Below are positions 15,121 through 17,475 of a DNA stretch of 17,475 bases, piece by piece. The stretch comes from Candidatus Omnitrophota bacterium (lineage in GTDB: Bacteria; Omnitrophota; Gorgyraeia; Duberdicusellales; 4484-171). Numbering within the stretch: the stretch's first letter is position 1; each line of letters begins with the position of its first letter. The position numbers and the translations under genes were made by a program. Below the pieces are notes generated by a model that worked only from the letters and a program-made list of their open reading frames with translations, was not told where the DNA came from and made no database searches. The stretch lies in NCBI GenBank assembly GCA_021735045.1, contig JAIPHU010000017.1:1-17475 (forward strand), read 5' to 3'.

Positions 15121-15546
15121 CTAATCTTTTTTCTTGTTTTGTATTATATCTACTATAATAAGAAAAACAGCAACTAAAATAAATATCGAAAGCCAAATAT
15201 TTATAAACAAAAGGCCAAATTGAGACTTACCGGTTGTAAATAACTGAGCATATTCTCGAGGTGCATCTTTCCAGACAGTCTTCGGTATAAATTCATATAA
15301 AAAATTTATTATAAAAAAGTTTAAAGCCATAAACCAAGCCAAAGCAGAACCAATTATCGAAAGTGACCTCTCTGAATATAAACTATAAATCTTAAGGCTA
15401 AAAAACAAACAAACTAACCCAAAAATTACAGGAAGTATGATTATTGAAAAAAAATCTAAAGAAATACCAAGAATAACTATCCAACTACTGCAACCAATAA
15501 TTATTCCACCTAAAGAACCAACCATTGCTAACTTATTAACTTTCAT
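15121..15546 (-). CDS. Hypothetical 4-TM membrane protein
   Basis: 141 aa with four hydrophobic segments. Strong SD AAGGAGG 5 nt before the ATG. No family recognised. Confidence 0.6.
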   Translation of the reverse strand: MKVNKLAMVGSLGGIIIGCSSWIVILGISLDFFSIIILPVIFGLVCLFFSLKIYSLYSERSLSIIGSALAWFMALNFFIINFLYEFIPKTVWKDAPREYAQLFTTGKSQFGLLFINIWLSIFILVAVFLIIVDIIQNKKKD

Positions 15547-15577
15547 CTATCTACCTCCTTGCCAGTTAAGCAAAAAG

Positions 15578-15964
15578 CTACTCAACCAATTTAGCCCCAC
15601 ACCTATAACAATGACCAGTATTTAGGACATAATTAATAAGTTTAACGTTAAATACTTTTTTACAATTCGGACAAACTAGGCCATAATCCCGCATTCTATC
15701 CTTTATAGTTTTAAAAATAAAAAATAGATTGCCTACCAATCCCCCCATAAAAAAAACTATAAGAACAATCTCTATTGTTCTGCTTAAACTTTCAACAAAG
15801 TCACCTAAGGCAATACAGCCAAACAAAAACATAAAAAATAAAACCAACCATATAGCTGAAACTCGATTCTCCTCTCTCCGGCAGCTTTCATAGCGTTTTT
15901 TTAACTCTTTGGCTGGCACCGGCCAATTCAACTTACTATATTTATACTTTTTTTTATTAATCAT
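15578..15964 (-). CDS. Hypothetical 2-TM membrane protein with C-terminal zinc ribbon
   Basis: The C-terminus CPNCKKVF-x13-CYRCGAKL is a CxxC...CxxC ribbon. I prefer the ATG at 15964 (GGTGA 8 nt upstream) over the track's GTG at 16075, which lacks an SD and overlaps the upstream gene by 35 nt. The longer form would add one more hydrophobic segment. Confidence 0.5.
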   Translation of the reverse strand: MINKKKYKYSKLNWPVPAKELKKRYESCRREENRVSAIWLVLFFMFLFGCIALGDFVESLSRTIEIVLIVFFMGGLVGNLFFIFKTIKDRMRDYGLVCPNCKKVFNVKLINYVLNTGHCYRCGAKLVE

Positions 15965-16040
15965 AATTTTTATCACCAAAAAATCCAACCATACGATAAA
16001 AATATAAATAGACCTAAAAATATTGCCAATAAGTTTATTT

Positions 16041-16796
16041 TCACTTCTTAAAAATAAACGGTAAGCCAAAAACACTTTTTAGAGTACTAGTTGCAACTTT
16101 ACCCGGAAGCACAGCAATATCTTTTATATTTTCAGCTAAAGGCGTAATCGTTATATCCAACGTTTTGCCTAATCTAGTTTTAGAAATAATATTGTAGGCA
16201 ATTAAGCGGCCAATATCCTCAAAACTATCCACATTCCTAAAGCCTTGATCAAAATCTAGGCTATAACGTCTTACAATTGGTTTTTCAAAACGAGTATTAT
16301 CAATATAGTAAACATCAGATATGATCAAATGGAACATGTCTATTTCCAATTTATTGGGCTCTCTTTTACTAATTTCGCTGTGCCCCAGTTGGTTAGACTT
16401 TTCTTTTTTTAATTCATCGAGCATCTTTAAATTAATCTTTCCTTCTTGGTTTTTTATAATCGTTAATCTTTCAATTTCAAGATCAAGAAAATAGACTCGA
16501 AACTTTTTAGTCATAAAATATTCAAGAGGTCGAAAATAAAGATTTACTGCCGGTAAAAACGCTAATTCTCTTTTTTTAAATTGAGCTGGATTATAAATCG
16601 TAACTTGCTCCATACGAGCGTGAGAACCAGTAAAAGAAACATCTAGATCACCTACCGTAATTTCTATTCCGTAAGCTTGCTCAATTGCTTGTTCTAGAAT
16701 TCTACTTACAATTATATTTTTTAATCCAATGAAAAGAGAAAAAATCAAGATTAATACAAAAAATATTTTCAGCAGTGTTTTTAGTTTAATCATCAT
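16041..16796 (-). CDS. Membrane-anchored protein with AsmA-like N-terminal region
   Basis: A TM anchor (LKIFFVLILIFSLFIGL) is followed by ILEQAIEQAYGIEITVGDLDVSFTGSHARMEQVTIYNP..F....LAFLPAVNLYFRPLEYFMTKKFRVYFLDLEIERLTIIKNQEGKINL, which follows the AsmA N-terminal pattern. The track start at 16820 is a TTG. ATG ATG at 16796/16793 overlaps the flavodoxin stop (ATGATGATTAA), which suggests coupling. Confidence 0.45.
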   Translation of the reverse strand: MMIKLKTLLKIFFVLILIFSLFIGLKNIIVSRILEQAIEQAYGIEITVGDLDVSFTGSHARMEQVTIYNPAQFKKRELAFLPAVNLYFRPLEYFMTKKFRVYFLDLEIERLTIIKNQEGKINLKMLDELKKEKSNQLGHSEISKREPNKLEIDMFHLIISDVYYIDNTRFEKPIVRRYSLDFDQGFRNVDSFEDIGRLIAYNIISKTRLGKTLDITITPLAENIKDIAVLPGKVATSTLKSVFGLPFIFKK

Positions 16797-17274
16797 TTTT
16801 AAGTATTTTTTTAATTTCAACAGTTACAAATTCCTGATCTTCAACCTTCGCCTGCTGAATAGAAAACCTCCTAAAGCTAGAGGCTCCTTTAGCTGATAAA
16901 ATCTTTTCCATATAATTCAAACAGCGCTTTCTTCCGACACCGCTGCCGTAGGTAGAAAATAAAATAATATTTTTAGCTAATAGGCCCAAAACATTATCCA
17001 GATAAGTATTTAAGGCAGGTGCTGGGCCAAAGGCCCAAATTGGAGTACCCAAACAAATTAAACCATAATTTGATAAATCAAAATTAACTTCTGCAATTTT
17101 TGCCCTTTTATGACTAAATGCTCGCTGGCACTGGCCCAGAAATGATTTCGATTCATCCAGAGCTATCAGCTCTAATTCTTCTGCCGAACCTTTTTGACTT
17201 AGTAATTCAGTCAACACTTGCGCGACTTTTTTAGTATTTCCGCTATAAGAATAATAAACAACTAAAGACCTCAT
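16786..17274 (-). CDS. Flavodoxin-like fold protein
   Basis: N-terminal LVVYYSYSGNTKKVAQ (an FMN phosphate-binding-loop type S/T-x-S-G-N-T) and the 162-aa length. There is no SD upstream. Confidence 0.65.
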   Translation of the reverse strand: MRSLVVYYSYSGNTKKVAQVLTELLSQKGSAEELELIALDESKSFLGQCQRAFSHKRAKIAEVNFDLSNYGLICLGTPIWAFGPAPALNTYLDNVLGLLAKNIILFSTYGSGVGRKRCLNYMEKILSAKGASSFRRFSIQQAKVEDQEFVTVEIKKILKNDD

Positions 17275-17282
17275 GTTCTTAT

Positions 17283-17291
17283 ATTATAACA
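17283..17291 (-). promoter_or_regulatory. Extended -10 element (TGTTATAAT) 8 nt upstream of the flavodoxin ATG
   Basis: The minus-sense sequence reads TGT-TATAAT (17291-17283), followed by ATAAGAAC and then the ATG at 17274. With no SD, this implies a leaderless or near-leaderless mRNA. Confidence 0.35.
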
Positions 17292-17305
17292 ATTTTTAAA
17301 CAATC

Positions 17306-17449
17306 CTATTTTAGCCGGATCCGTTTGACTTTTCCGTCTTCCCAAACAGCAAGAGGACGGCCATCCTTTTTGTGCTGAGCGACAACTTTTTTTATTGCCT
17401 TTTTCATTGCTGCTTCTGCTTTATCAAGTATTGTCATCCGTTTTTTCAT
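17306..17449 (-). CDS. 47-aa hypothetical small protein
   Basis: Not in the ORF track. Hand translation gives MKKRMTILDKAEAAMKKAIKKVVAQHKKDGRPLAVWEDGKVKRIRLK, then TAG. SD GGAG lies 7 nt before the ATG. The composition looks like a coding helix plus a G.P..VWEDGKV beta-hairpin, not low complexity. Confidence 0.45.
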   Translation of the reverse strand: MKKRMTILDKAEAAMKKAIKKVVAQHKKDGRPLAVWEDGKVKRIRLK

Positions 17450-17475
17450 ATCTTGACTCCGGTTTTTTCAATAAT

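Noticed and set aside
15437-15625. 62-aa plus-strand ORF across the junction of the 4-TM and zinc-ribbon genes
   Set aside because: It overlaps two minus-strand genes and the strong SD of the 4-TM gene. There is no supporting signal.
15965-16075. N-terminal 37-aa extension of the zinc-ribbon membrane protein (track start at 16075)
   Set aside because: That start is a GTG with no SD and overlaps the upstream gene by 35 nt. The internal ATG at 15964 has a GGTGA SD. The extension is hydrophobic, so it cannot be fully excluded.

Overview
The window is AT-rich (about one-third G+C by eye) and gene-dense. All ORFs read cleanly with the standard code. 21 of the 23 coding regions I accept, plus the tRNA, lie on the minus strand.

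Most of the content looks like core housekeeping genes of an uncultivated low-GC bacterium. Reading the minus strand from high to low coordinates:
- a small 47-aa ORF
- a flavodoxin-like protein
- a short AsmA-like membrane protein
- a zinc-ribbon membrane protein
- a 4-TM protein
- a DEAD-box RNA helicase
- a membrane-anchored PP2C/SpoIIE phosphatase
- an APC permease fused to a PTS-EIIA(type 2)-like domain
- an inositol-monophosphatase-family protein, followed 4 nt later by a GemA/DUF1018 phage-type protein
- a MarC-family protein
- a COG0701/ArsP-type permease
- HisG
- a TPR protein
- a split transketolase (N and C subunits)
- IspE
- SpoVG
- tRNA-Gln(UUG)

The two plus-strand genes are a DJ-1/PfpI protein and a 6-TM hypothetical protein.

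I see no CRISPR array, transposase, integrase, rRNA or recognisable defence system, and I cannot point to a convincing novel multi-gene system. These items are not explained by the ORF track and are worth a second look:
1. An unlisted 30-aa hyper-basic ORF with a strong SD that looks like a bS22-type ribosomal peptide.
2. An unlisted 44-aa Cys-rich ORF translationally coupled to the ArsP-type permease.
3. A plus-strand-specific intrinsic terminator with a promoter-like element and no ORF, which suggests a candidate small RNA (sRNA) of about 185 nt next to hisG.
4. A SpoVG carrying an inserted CxxC-CxxC zinc ribbon and an acidic tail.
5. The PP2C phosphatase paired with the APC-EIIA fusion transporter.
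6. An orphan GemA-like gene coupled to the IMPase gene.

All functional calls come from motif recognition by eye. No searches were run.
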